NCBI RefSeq assembly: GCF_000195855.1
Contig: NC_002677.1
Span: forward strand, 1,770,001 to 1,802,000
Length of the DNA: 32,000 nucleotides
Direction of reading: 5' to 3'
Source: Mycobacterium leprae TN
GTDB lineage: Bacteria > Actinomycetota > Actinomycetes > Mycobacteriales > Mycobacteriaceae
Below are positions 1-9,772 of the stretch, piece after piece (position 1 is the first letter of the stretch; each line of letters starts with the position of its first letter). The translations under genes were made by a program, and so were the position numbers. The notes beneath the pieces were generated by a model, which saw nothing but the letters and a program-made list of their open reading frames with translations, had not been told where the DNA came from and searched no databases.

Positions 1-443
1 CTCAGCGCCGGCCCCCCAGAGGACTGCGACTGGGCATCGATCATCTGCACAAACGGTTCAACCTCACGGTAAGTTGCTACATATTGCGCCGGGCTGATCG
101 GTTTTGAGTCAATCGCGATGCGTTCGACTACCGACTGCAGGTGAGGGCTGGTAAAGCGGCCAGTGCGCTGGTGCAGCGCGGTTAGCAGCGCGTCAACCAT
201 CCTCGTCACCGAGGTCTTCCCGTTGGTGCCAGCGACGTGTATCGACGGATAACTGAGTTGCGGTGAGCCGAGAACATCCATTAACGCACTGATCCGAGTC
301 AAACTCGGTTCGATACAGGTCTCTGGCCAGCGCTGGTCCAGCAGGTGTTCAACCTGCAACAGGGAGGCGACCTTGTCCGGTGTGAGAGCAGCGACATTGG
401 TTTCAAGACGTCCGGATCCCCAGTCAGGCAGCTCTGCGGTCAT
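1..443 (-). CDS. folC: Folylpolyglutamate synthase / dihydrofolate synthase FolC, N-terminal part (gene continues past the window start)
   Basis: The minus-strand frame opening at ATG 443..441 reads [87 protein letters not shown]. It contains the Mur-ligase/FolC P-loop [10 protein letters not shown]. The ATG overlaps the valS stop (ATGA at 440..443). It is absent from the ORF track because it runs off the window edge. Confidence 0.85.
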   Translation of the reverse strand, partial: MTAELPDWGSGRLETNVAALTPDKVASLLQVEHLLDQRWPETCIEPSLTRISALMDVLGSPQLSYPSIHVAGTNGKTSVTRMVDALLTALHQRTGRFTSPHLQSVVERIAIDSKPISPAQYVATYREVEPFVQMIDAQSQSSGGPAL

Positions 444-3100
444 TGCAGCCCAGCCAGCCTAGCGATGATGCGGTCGGTTTCTTCCTTAGCCATCCGCTGA
501 CGATCGCGGATTTTGACAACGACTGCTTCCGGGGCTTTAGCTAGAAAGTCCGCGTTGGCCAACTTTGCGGCGGTCGATGCCAGCTCTTTTTGCGCTGCAG
601 CCAAGTCCTTTTCCATGCGACGACGCTCGGCAGCCACATCGATGGTGCCCGAAGTGTCGAGTTCAACGACGACGGCGCGGTCTTTGTTAGGGCCGAGACG
701 AACCTCCAGCAACGCTGAAGGGCGAAAATCGTTGCTCGCAGCAGTAAGCAAAGCTAGTGATGTCACGAAGCCCACCTGGGTGGCCAGGTCGGAATCTTCG
801 ACACCAGACAATCGAGCCGGCACCTTCTGTCGATCGACCAACCCCTGATCACTACGGAACCGACGGATCTCGGTCACCAGCTTCTGCATATCGCTGATCC
901 GCTGCGCGGCAACCAGATCTAGGCTGATGCCAGAAGGCTCCGGCCAGGTAGCAATCACTAGTGACTCCAGTTGGGTCAGTGCCTGCCAGAGCGTTTCGGT
1001 AATAAACGGCATCACCGGGTGCAGCAACCGCAGCAACGTATCGAGTGCCGCGGCCAGCACTGCTGTGGTGTGCGTGAGCCCGTCAGCAAGCTGTGCCTTG
1101 GCCAATTCGAGATACCAGTCGCAGAATTCGTCCCACGCAAAATGGTAGAGCGCCTCGCAGGCGCGGCTGAATTCGTAGCCATCGAAAGCTGAATCAACTT
1201 CGGCGCGAACCTGTTCCAGCCTTCCGAGAATCCAGCGGTCGGCATCTGTCAGCGCCGTCAGCGCAGGCAAAGGTACCAGCGCAGCACCATTGAGCAGTGC
1301 GTACCGGGTGGCGTTGAACAGCTTGGTACCGAAGTTGCGCGACGCGCGGACGTGATCCTCTCCTATAGCCAGATCACCACCGGGGCTGGAGCCGCGTGCC
1401 AGAGTGAAGCGCAGCGCGTCAGCTCCGAACATATCCATCCAGGCCAGCGGGTCGATGACGTTACCCCTGGACTTACTCATCTTGCGACCGAATTCGTCGC
1501 GGATCAGCCCATGCAGGAAGACATCGGTGAACGGCACCTGCGGGCCACGGCAGCCACCCAGTGTGATGGCATCGTCCCCGCCGACGAAGGTGCCGAGCAT
1601 CATCATGCGCGCTACCCAGAAAAACAGAATGTCATAGCCGGTGACGAGAATACTTGTCGGATAGAATTTTTCCAGCTCCGGAGTCATTTGTGGCCAGCCC
1701 AGCGTGGAAAACGGCCACAACGCGGACGAGAACCAGGTGTCCAGCACGTCGGGGTCCTGTTGCCAGCCCTCCGGAGGGGTCTCGTCGGGACCGACACACA
1801 CTTGTTCCCCGTTGGGACCGTACCAGATCGGTATGCGATGGCCCCACCACAGCTGCCGTGAGATGCACCAGTCGCGCATGTCGTCCACCCAAGCGAACCA
1901 GCGCGATTCCATGCTAGCAGGGTGAATCACGGTGTCCCCGTTACGCACCGCGTCACCAGCGGCCTTGGCCAGCGATTCCACCCTGACCCACCATTGCAGC
2001 GACAGGCGTGGCTCGATGACCTCGCCGCTGCGCTCAGAATGGCCCACGCTGTGCCGGTAGGGTCGTTTCTCCTCGACAATGCGGCCCTGCACCGCTAGCG
2101 CTTCGCGCACCGCGATGCGGGCCTCGAATCGATCCATGCCGTCGAATTCAGTTCCGGTGTCAACGATAACGGCCTTAACGTCCATGACGTTCGGCATCGG
2201 CAGGTTGTGCCGCAATCCGATTTCAAAGTCGTTGGGATCATGAGCGGGTGTGACTTTGACGGCGCCGGTGCCGAATTCAGGGTCGACGTGCTCATCAGCT
2301 ACGATTACAAGTTCGCGGTCGATAAACGGGTGCGGCAGCGTAGTCCCGACCAGATGCTGATAGCGCTTGTCATCGGGATGCACGGCGATCCCGGTGTCGC
2401 CGAGCATCGTCTCGACCCGGGTGGTAGCTACCACGATGTGTGGCTCGTCGTCGTCGAGTGACCCATAGCGGAACGAGATCAATTCGCCCTCGATCTCGTC
2501 GTAGATAACCTCGATGTCGGAGAGTGCCGTCCGAAGTACCGGCGACCAGTTGACCAGCCGCTCCGCCCGGTAGATCAGCCCGGCGTCGTAGAGCCGCTTG
2601 AAGATCATCCGCACCGCCCGCGATAAGCCGTCATCCATAGTGAACCGGTCGCGGCTCCAATCCACCCCATCACCGAGCCGGCGCATCTGGCCGGCTATGG
2701 CACCGCCGGATTCACGCTTCCAGTCCCACACCTTGTCGACAAACAGCTCCCGACCAAAGTCCTCCTTGATCTTGCCGTTGATCGCAAGCTGTTTTTCCAC
2801 TACACTCTGAGTCGCGATCCCTGCGTGGTCCATGCCTGGCTGCCATAACACCTCATATCCCTGCATCCGTTTGCGGCGAGTCAAGGCGTCCATCATGGTG
2901 TGCTCTAACGCGTGGCCCATATGCAGACTGCCGGTCACATTAGGAGGCGGAAGCACGATCGAATACCCAGGTTTTGTGCTGGCGGGATCCGCGGCGAAGT
3001 AACCGGAGTTCAACCACTTCTGGTAAATCACGCTCTCCATCGCACCTGGGTCCCACGACTTGGGCAGCAGGTCAGCAGAGGAACTAGGGCTGGTGGTCAC
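440..3100 (-). CDS. valS: Valyl-tRNA synthetase
   Basis: 886-aa uninterrupted ORF with a GTG start at 3100. Class I aaRS signatures are present: [12 protein letters not shown] (HIGH-type motif) and [10 protein letters not shown] (KMSKS). It has a C-terminal coiled-coil tail typical of ValS and sits directly upstream of folC, as in other mycobacteria. Confidence 0.97.
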   Translation of the reverse strand: MTTSPSSSADLLPKSWDPGAMESVIYQKWLNSGYFAADPASTKPGYSIVLPPPNVTGSLHMGHALEHTMMDALTRRKRMQGYEVLWQPGMDHAGIATQSVVEKQLAINGKIKEDFGRELFVDKVWDWKRESGGAIAGQMRRLGDGVDWSRDRFTMDDGLSRAVRMIFKRLYDAGLIYRAERLVNWSPVLRTALSDIEVIYDEIEGELISFRYGSLDDDEPHIVVATTRVETMLGDTGIAVHPDDKRYQHLVGTTLPHPFIDRELVIVADEHVDPEFGTGAVKVTPAHDPNDFEIGLRHNLPMPNVMDVKAVIVDTGTEFDGMDRFEARIAVREALAVQGRIVEEKRPYRHSVGHSERSGEVIEPRLSLQWWVRVESLAKAAGDAVRNGDTVIHPASMESRWFAWVDDMRDWCISRQLWWGHRIPIWYGPNGEQVCVGPDETPPEGWQQDPDVLDTWFSSALWPFSTLGWPQMTPELEKFYPTSILVTGYDILFFWVARMMMLGTFVGGDDAITLGGCRGPQVPFTDVFLHGLIRDEFGRKMSKSRGNVIDPLAWMDMFGADALRFTLARGSSPGGDLAIGEDHVRASRNFGTKLFNATRYALLNGAALVPLPALTALTDADRWILGRLEQVRAEVDSAFDGYEFSRACEALYHFAWDEFCDWYLELAKAQLADGLTHTTAVLAAALDTLLRLLHPVMPFITETLWQALTQLESLVIATWPEPSGISLDLVAAQRISDMQKLVTEIRRFRSDQGLVDRQKVPARLSGVEDSDLATQVGFVTSLALLTAASNDFRPSALLEVRLGPNKDRAVVVELDTSGTIDVAAERRRMEKDLAAAQKELASTAAKLANADFLAKAPEAVVVKIRDRQRMAKEETDRIIARLAGLQ

Positions 3101-3109
3101 CGGTCAATT

Positions 3110-3510
3110 CTAGGGAGCCCGATTAGCGCGCGCGAAAGCACCCGAACTGGCAGGTGATCGGGCTATGATAAGCATGCCGATCGAGGAAGAGTTAGAACCA
3201 GCCCAGGATAGATGAGAACGGGCTGAGGCCGGCTCCAGAGCAGCTTCCGCTACTGGCTGCCAGGTAGCGCCGACAACTTGCTGCACAGCGGGCTCGTCTA
3301 CGCTCGTTACCCCCATGGCAGCAGGCGCAGTCGCCGCCGGCGGCGGGGCGTCGGTCGGTCTCTGTATGCGTCGCCCACGTCGACCCGTCAAACGGCGTAA
3401 AGCACCAAATTGCCGTCCTCTTGCAGGGTGAAGGTCAAGGCGCCGTTGTGGGAGACGAGCAACTCACCCACCAGCACCAACTTCTGCCCCTCAGTGAGCG
3501 TGTCCTACAT
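3110..3510 (-). pseudogene. Relic of a beta-prism II (bulb-type, GNA-like) mannose-binding lectin gene
   Basis: The reverse complement of 3510..3391 reads ATG TAG then DTLTEGQKLVLVGELLVSHNGALTFTLQEDGNLVLYAV followed by TGA. After a 1-nt shift it continues DGSTWATHTET. QEDGNLVLY (3397..3423) fits the canonical QxDxNxVxY mannose-binding motif and is followed by the usual W-A-T/S-x-T. The second codon is a nonsense codon, there is a frameshift at ~3390, and the remainder down to valS is unreadable. The 3' limit is a guess. Confidence 0.5.
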
Positions 3511-3656
3511 GGCATTGCCTCTACATTTATCCAGTCCGACTGGTTGCTGTCAGCCGTCATTGCCAGCACCCGATAAGCGGGCACCTATCGATCCTGGATC
3601 AATCTGAGTAATTTACCCTATAGACGCCAACCGAAAGCCCCAACAGCTGGCGCTGG

Positions 3657-3971
3657 CTACTTCTTGCCACCAAGGATGCCGCCAAGAGGTTGTTGCGGCG
3701 AGTTAACCGCCGAAATCTCCCTTTGTCAGCGCCGATGCAAACTGCTCGGTGTCATTGCCCACGAACAGCGTTGTGACTGCTGGCGGCGAACTCGATCCTG
3801 TTGGCTTGCTCGGGATCTTTCGAGTTGTGCACCAAATCCATTGACCAACACCGTCACCAATGTATGAACTGCGCTGTCGACGTCGTCTCTATCGGCACCG
3901 AGTTTGGTTGCGATTTCCGACGTGGGAACCTGGGCATAGAGATCATCAAGACCGGCCGCCAACGTGTCCAC
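3657..3971 (-). pseudogene. DUF937-family protein pseudogene (frameshifted and internally deleted)
   Basis: From a GTG at 3971 the frame reads DTLAAGLDDLYAQVPTSEIATKLGADRDDVDSAVHTLVTVLVNGFGAQ, a typical DUF937 N-terminus. A second frame gives FVGNDTEQFASALTKGDFGG. A third frame ends PLGGILGGKK then TAG (3657..3659), the typical DUF937 C-terminus. Three frames in only ~105 codons implies decay. Confidence 0.5.
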
Positions 3972-4010
3972 CTTTATCGCAGATATCTTGAAGCCAAGTC
4001 GATTACGACA

Positions 4011-4290
4011 CTAGCCCGATCCGATCTCCAGCGATCCCCCTTCAGCAACGCCTAGGCGACCGCCGAAATCACGAGTGCACAATCAGATCTGAAGGGAAAG
4101 AAACGAATCCACAGCCGTAGTAGATGTGACTTATCGTGCGATTCGCGGCAGGTCTCAGTTCAACCGCTCGGCCTGCAGGGGCACACCCGCCAGCAGGAAA
4201 TCGCAGCAACAAAGCATCACCCATCGCAATCGCGGGCGTGAGCACGCCCGGCAGGCCGGAGGGCTTGTCACAACCGAAATGCCAGCGCAA
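4011..4290 (-). pseudogene. Possible resuscitation-promoting-factor (Rpf, RpfE-position) relic
   Basis: The minus-strand ORF 4069..4290 ends RAVELRPAANRTISHIYYGCGFVSF. This loosely parallels the Rpf domain xVNWDAIAQCESGGNWxINTGNGYYGGLxF with the QCESGG segment missing. A shifted frame downstream reads TRDFGGRLGVAEGGSLEIGSG (compare SREEQIRVAENVLRSQGI). The position between valS and mobA matches rpfE in M. tuberculosis (from memory). The similarity is weak. Confidence 0.3.
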
Positions 4291-4352
4291 GACTACATTC
4301 TCCGAGCCGCACCGACTTCGCCGTCCTACGCTATACGCACCACGTACCGTGG

Positions 4353-4392
4353 CACTACATTGTCACTTGTGACACTACATTGTCACTTATCG
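4353..4392. repeat. Two tandem copies of a 20-bp unit (cactacattgtcacttgtga / cactacattgtcacttatcg)
   Basis: Read directly from the sequence: 17 of 20 positions are identical, including a perfect 16-mer cactacattgtcactt at 4353..4368 and 4373..4388. The copy junction creates the palindrome TGTCAC-tt-GTGACA (4361..4374). Confidence 0.85.
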
Positions 4393-5229
4393 TATCCATA
4401 GTGTTACGTCTCGATCCTACATTCTAAAGTCGCACTCCCGAATCGCCGCACTTGAGCGGGTCCCAGGTGTGAGAACGACTCGCTGCATCAGTTCGCACGA
4501 CAATAGACAATAGCAGTGAAGTAGCGGTTGCCCAGTTCGGACATAACGTTGCCTGCCCCGCTGACGATAGCCGATAACCTTAGGCTCACGCTTTCGCTAA
4601 AATAGAATTACCTACTATACATCGCTATAAGTCGCGTCCGATAATGCGATAATGCGTTGCTGAGCCGCGCGATCCGCGTGTGAGTCGGCGCCATTATGAA
4701 GCCGGCCCTCCACAAACCAGCCAGCTCCGAAGCAATCTGACGAACATGATGCCACGGCAAATCGGGTTGCGAGCCGAGTTCGAGCTCAACACCGCAGTCG
4801 GCGCTCAGCGTGTGTAGATCCGCGAATTGGCAACGCACAGCAGAACCACTGGAGACGACGTGCAATACTTAACGGTAGCGATATGATGGCCCCTCCGGGG
4901 GGCCCACAGGCCACGACACACACCACGAAATCGGTGGCCAACCAGCTCGCCAACATTGTTCTTCCTAGCCGTGCGATACAGGGGCGTGGACGATGTGAAC
5001 ATCGATATCGACCGGCCTGCTTACCTTATAGTTAAGGTCGACGCTGTTGCGGACGAGCAGGAAGCTCCTCCACTCAGGTCAACTAAGTCCGTACCAGCAG
5101 CAGCACATGCAGCCACTAATGGAAGCCGTAGCGGGTGTAAGGCTCAACCGTCGTAACGGCGATTCGGGTACGGGCAGCCATTTCATTCAGAGTCGATGTC
5201 AATGCCGTGCCGGCAGCCAAAATCGGCCA

Positions 5230-6080
5230 GGACTGTACGGATCCGTGGATTATTTTTTATGACTCCCACATCGGGCTGTGTACGCACATTACGATACGCA
5301 GATTGCGTGCGTCATTATTTTGACTAGACAATACATATTCTATCATGGCCCGATAACGGAACAAGAATAGATGTATTTCCGCAGTTCAGCAACCCTTTTT
5401 AAGCTAACAGCAATACATCGCCATCAAAGTTATTTTGTTAGCAGAATCATGTAAATTTTGTTAGCTAGGAAAAAAATTTGTTCTTACGTGATGCAGTCGT
5501 TCAGAATCGGCCACTCGAGACGCCAACAATAGCAAGGTAGACAGGATGCAGGCCTCAGGCAGCAACTAAGCTAATAAATCGCGGCTACATTGAAGTCAAT
5601 AATATTTGCTGATTCCACGAGTAGCCTAGCAACATCGCACACTATTCGACACTGGAGCAACAGGAGGTTTCACACTGGTCACCAATATATCCTAATTACA
5701 ATGTTTACCAACAGATTTGGTTATCACCGACGATCTCTAGCGAATCAGCAATGGCAGCAATAGCGTCCCATTTGACTAAACCGCACCCTATGGGACACAG
5801 ACCTGAATGGTTGATCCGCGTAAGCAGATTCGCCACAAAACCCCAGGGCTCCGGGCAATGCTACACTCGACCAAACCCCACGCGTTCAATATTCAAAATC
5901 ATAGCTACTCCAAATAGAATATGGTAAACGCCCAGGCAAGCCAGATGTAATCTATTATAAATAAGCTCGTACGAATATTACACGCCATTGTCATAAATGG
6001 ATACTGATTACTATCGCAAAATGACCACAGAAATATTCAACAATTAATTTGATAGAAAAATTAAAAAAATGACCGTTGTG
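5230..6080. other. AT-rich, ORF-free island (compositional anomaly)
   Basis: A hand count of G+C over 5281..6060 gives 326/780 (about 42%), falling to 14/60 at 6001..6060. Coding lines I counted elsewhere in the window run 52-55%. The supplied six-frame track has no ORF of 60 aa or more between 5263 and 6083. Confidence 0.8.
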
Positions 6081-6083
6081 TAA

Positions 6084-6695
6084 CTACCTCGGGATCCCCG
6101 GCAGCACGAAAGCACACAAGTCAGTAGTCGTATTGACGTTCGTCACTACGGCCGCGAATCCGGCATCACGATCCGGCTGAGTATCCGACGCGTCGACTAA
6201 CGCACGCATCTTGCGCTCACCGACAGCTACCAGCGCATCAGCTAGGTCGGCCAGATCCGTGCAGTATACCGCGGAGAGGTAGTGATACTGGCCGTTCCAC
6301 GGCAACACCACCTCGGCGTCCGTCGCATAGGCCCTGCAATCGAGGCAATCCATCAATTCTACGGAGAAACGGTCGACAGCGTAGACGAACCCAAACGAGC
6401 CACACCCTCCATCGGCTGCATGCAATGCGCACCCGGTTGCCAGCAGCACCCTTAGTCCTCGCACCTCGTCGCGCATGACATGATGTGGGCCTGCAGCTCA
6501 GGTAACAGTTGTCATTGGGGGTGGCCATCACAAAAACCGGCTTGCAGCGCTGAGTGACGACACCAAGGACATGGTCGACTATTTTGGTGTAGGTCGTCCC
6601 GACATCACCATGCTAGCATTAGCAGGTTCTGTGTTTCGCGATTTGACCCCGGTGAGGTATACGGGGACCCCAACCAGCAGAACCGCATCAGACAT
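6084..6695 (-). pseudogene. mobA: Molybdenum cofactor guanylyltransferase MobA pseudogene
   Basis: The ATG at 6695 lies 8 nt after the korB relic stop and reads MSDAVLLVG..., then breaks frame. IVDHVLGVVTQRCKPVFVMATP is in another frame. The C-terminal 130 codons (6084..6476) are still open: RDEVRGLRVLLATGCALHAA...FVYAVDRFSVELMDCL...TDAEVVLPWNGQYHYLSAVYCTDLADLADALVAVGERKMRALVDASD, a typical MobA pattern. Total length is conserved (~203 codons). Confidence 0.7.
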
Positions 6696-6703
6696 CTGAG
6701 CAA

Positions 6704-7819
6704 TCACGTCCAGTCGACGGTCCAGATGTCGCGCCCGCGCACTAAAGATTGCAGTGCGACGCTTGTCCGGACGCGGTCGAAGTCTGGGCAGCGCGAACCT
6801 GGAAACGGGCCATGTCAGCATAAGTTAGTCGGCTGATCCGGCGAACGATACCCAGGACGGCATGGTCAAGGTTCTAATCAGATAGCCGCGACAACGCAAA
6901 AGCATAAGCTACGTCGTCGGCGTGCGCGTCATGCACGACGATCTCCTGAACAAGCAACGTCAGCGGTCTTAGCCACCTCGAGGGAAAAGTCGGACTTCAC
7001 GACACTACGCAGTATTCACCGCTTGCGCCGAAGACGATTGGCTCGCCATGCTGGACATTGATCACCCGCTCTTCGGTGTCCTCTTTGCGCAGTGCGTCAA
7101 ACGAACCGTCGTTGAAGATAGGGCAATCATGCAGAATTTCGACTAGGGTAGCGCCACGGTGCTGGGCCGCGGCACGCAGCACCTCGGTTAGTCCGTTGCG
7201 GTCCGCGTCTAGCGCGCCGGCCAACGAAAGTCACCTTAGCACCCAGCGCCAACGACACCGGGTTGAACGAGTAATCCAGCGAGCCCATCGGGGGTCGATT
7301 TGGTGACCATGCCCATCTCTGACGTCGGCGAATACTGGCCTTTGGTTAACCCATAGATCCGATTGTTGAATAGCAGAATGGTCATGTTGATGTTGCGGCG
7401 CAGCGCATGTATCAGATGGTTGCCGCCGATCAACAACGCGTCACCGTCCACCGGTGACCACCCATATCGACAGATCATCGCGAGCCAACGCCAAACCATT
7501 CGCGATCACCGGCTCTCGGGCGTGGATCGAGTGGAACCCAATAAGTTAGGTCTCCAGGTAGTTACGGGAACCGGCTAGAGCATCCGATGCCGCTGAGAAA
7601 CGCAATGTTTTAGCGGCGTAGCCCCAATGCGGGCAGAAAGTTGCTTATGGTGTTGAGGATCCACAGCCCGGACACCAGCGGACCTCCTGGTCGCTAATAA
7701 AGTACTTGGACTTCTGCGGCTGTTCCCCAGAAGACACAGTGGGCACACAAGCGTGTTTCGTCGACGTCAGAGTCACGCCAAGGCCCGTTGCCCGCCAGAT
7801 TGCTGATCCCGCTAGTCAT
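6704..7819 (-). pseudogene. korB: 2-oxoglutarate:ferredoxin oxidoreductase beta subunit (KorB) pseudogene
   Basis: Fragments across three frames: MTSGISNLAG..., KSKYFISDQEVRWCPGCG (7630..7700 region), the TPP-binding core [97 protein letters not shown], and the end DIWTVDWT then TGA at 6704..6706. There are multiple in-frame stops and frameshifts. Confidence 0.85.
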
Positions 7820-7909
7820 TGAGCGCCGCTTTTCCTCATCGCTTCGCTCTGCATCGTCGCGGCGCGGGTCATGCGTCGACTCCCGCACTAACCCGTGGCC
7901 GCCGCAAAT

Positions 7910-9398
7910 CTAGTGACCATCAGTCTTATCCTGTTCAATCTCGGCCAGTGTGGCGTCCAACGCGGCACGGATAACACGGCCTACTTCGTCGACCAAGAAC
8001 GAAACACCCTGCATCTTGTACCCCCCCCACTGCACATCAACCAAATACTTGCCACGTAGCACCATCGCCAGTTAAACAAGGTTTATCTCCGATGCCACCA
8101 CCATCGGGTCACGCCGCAGCACGTCGCCCAGGTTAGCTGGGAACGGACGCAAATGCCGCAGTTGGGGCATGCGAGACCTTGACACCCTGCGCCGTGCACA
8201 TCAGCAGGCTTTACGGATCGGGCCGTACAAACTTCCCCACCCAATCAGCAGTAGCTCGGCATATACAGTTGGATCGTCTATCTTTAGATCGGGAACCCGG
8301 ATGCCATCGGTCTTGGCCTGGCGCAACCTGACCATGAACCATGAGGTCATGGTTGCCCGGCTCGTAAGAGATGTTGCCGGCGCCATTTGCCGCTTCCAAT
8401 CCATCGATGCGATGTTCTAGACCGGGGGGAAGTTCCCGGGACGACGAATAATCGCCGAGCCAGCGTTTCCGGGTAGCGGGCATAAGGCTGAAAGAGCGCA
8501 TCGGATTTGGCGAAGGTGTGCTCGATGGGCACCAAAGCACTGACGTCCGGGATTTGCCACGGCTACGAGCCATTGGCGATGACGCCGTCAGACAACACGA
8601 TTACTGGCGTGGGGTAAAATAACCTGATACACGCCACTATCAATGACAGTTTCAAAGCAATTCGACGGAGACTGCGGACCAATACCACCACCAGCGACTC
8701 CCCATTGCGGCTGTACAACGCCTGCAGCAAGTCAGCCTTCTCGATCTCGGTTGGCAAACCAGTCGAAGGTCCCCCTCGATGACCAACAGCGACAGCTCGT
8801 CATCACACCGAAGCCTAGCGCCTCGGCCTTCAGCGAAAGACCTGGCACCAATGTGCTCGTAACTCCCAGCGCAAACACAAACATGTTCTTGGGGCGCTGG
8901 CCATCTTTCTTGTACGCACCGATAGCCTCGACTACCTCAAGGGTCAGCGTAGTTATCGGGACGGCGTGAACAACGTATTCCTCCAGCTCATCGGATTCCA
9001 GCGGGCTGGCTACTTAACCCACCTTCATCAGTTTGCGTTTGATGAACTCGTCAGAGTTTGCGATCACCATTCCGCCACGCTGGAAATCACCAATATTGGC
9101 CTTCAACACTGTCGGATTTATCACGACAAACACGTCCAGCTGGTTGTCGGCGGTCAAAATGTCGTAGTCGGCGATTTGAATTTGGAAAACGGAAACCCCG
9201 GACATAGTATTTGTTATTATGCGAATCTCGGTGGGGTAATCCGACTAGGTAGCCAGATCATTGCCGAAAAGCGTCCCCTCCGATGTAAACTGGTCGCCGG
9301 TCAGCTACATAACATCGCCCCGATCCCCCCGCGAAACGGTATAGTAACTCTTTCCAGGAATCGTCGGTTGGACCTGGCATGAACAGCAGCCCTAGCAT
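7910..9398 (-). pseudogene. korA: 2-oxoglutarate:ferredoxin oxidoreductase alpha subunit (KorA) pseudogene
   Basis: Fragments: LLYRFAGGSG / GDRGDVM*LTGDQFTSEG near 9300..9360, SGVSVFQIQIADYDILTADNQLDVFVVINPTVLKANIGDFQRGGMVIANSDEFIKRKL (9014..9205), PTEIEKADLLQALYSRNGESLVVVL (8563..8757), AELLLIGWGSLYGPI (8201..8404), and a C-terminal ...IRAALDATLAEIEQDKTDGH then TAG at 7910..7912. There are many frame breaks, and it is visibly shorter than a full-length alpha subunit. Confidence 0.8.
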
Positions 9399-9772
9399 GA
9401 AACTCTGACCCGGCACCGTTGTCATTCGGATCCACATCTCCGCCTTCCATCTGCTCTCCGGACAGGCACTCCGGGCTACAGCTTCAAATTATACACCGTC
9501 GGAGTGACTTCCCCGCCCTCACGCTTTATCTCATTGATATTAACCAAGTTTGGCATTGCTTCTCTGTGGCGTACGCCCATCGTAACCCCCAAACACACAG
9601 CGAATTAGCCGTTAAAAGTCGACGTCAGCGTGGGATAACTGAGGCGAAGGTGCGAAATTGTGGTATTGATCATGTTCACCGATAACAGACCCACATCGGA
9701 GTAATGCCGCCCGTTGAACACATTCATTTTTTTGGTGCCGATCCCGACTTTCCAGCTGCCGCCGTCACACTA

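Noticed and set aside
3110-3391. 93-aa minus-strand ORF immediately upstream of valS as a real small protein.
   Set aside because: It is an Ala/Pro/Ser-rich reading in a frame that runs out of the decayed lectin gene. It has no start context or motif and lies where the valS promoter and 5' UTR must be.
4353-4392. The tandem 20-bp repeat as a miniature CRISPR array.
   Set aside because: There are only two directly abutting copies with no spacers, no cas genes anywhere in the window, and no further repeats.
4608-5262. Overlapping 65-85-aa ORFs on both strands (4608..4865, 4805..5002, 4956..5156, 5047..5262) as candidate novel small genes or a toxin-antitoxin pair.
   Set aside because: I recognise no family motif. 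The frames overlap one another incompatibly and no start contexts are evident. They most likely belong to unidentifiable gene debris, and I leave the interval unassigned rather than name it.
8021-8028. A (C)8 homopolymer as a phase-variation switch.
   Set aside because: It lies inside the already multiply disrupted korA pseudogene, so length changes would have no functional consequence. It may still be a polymorphic marker.
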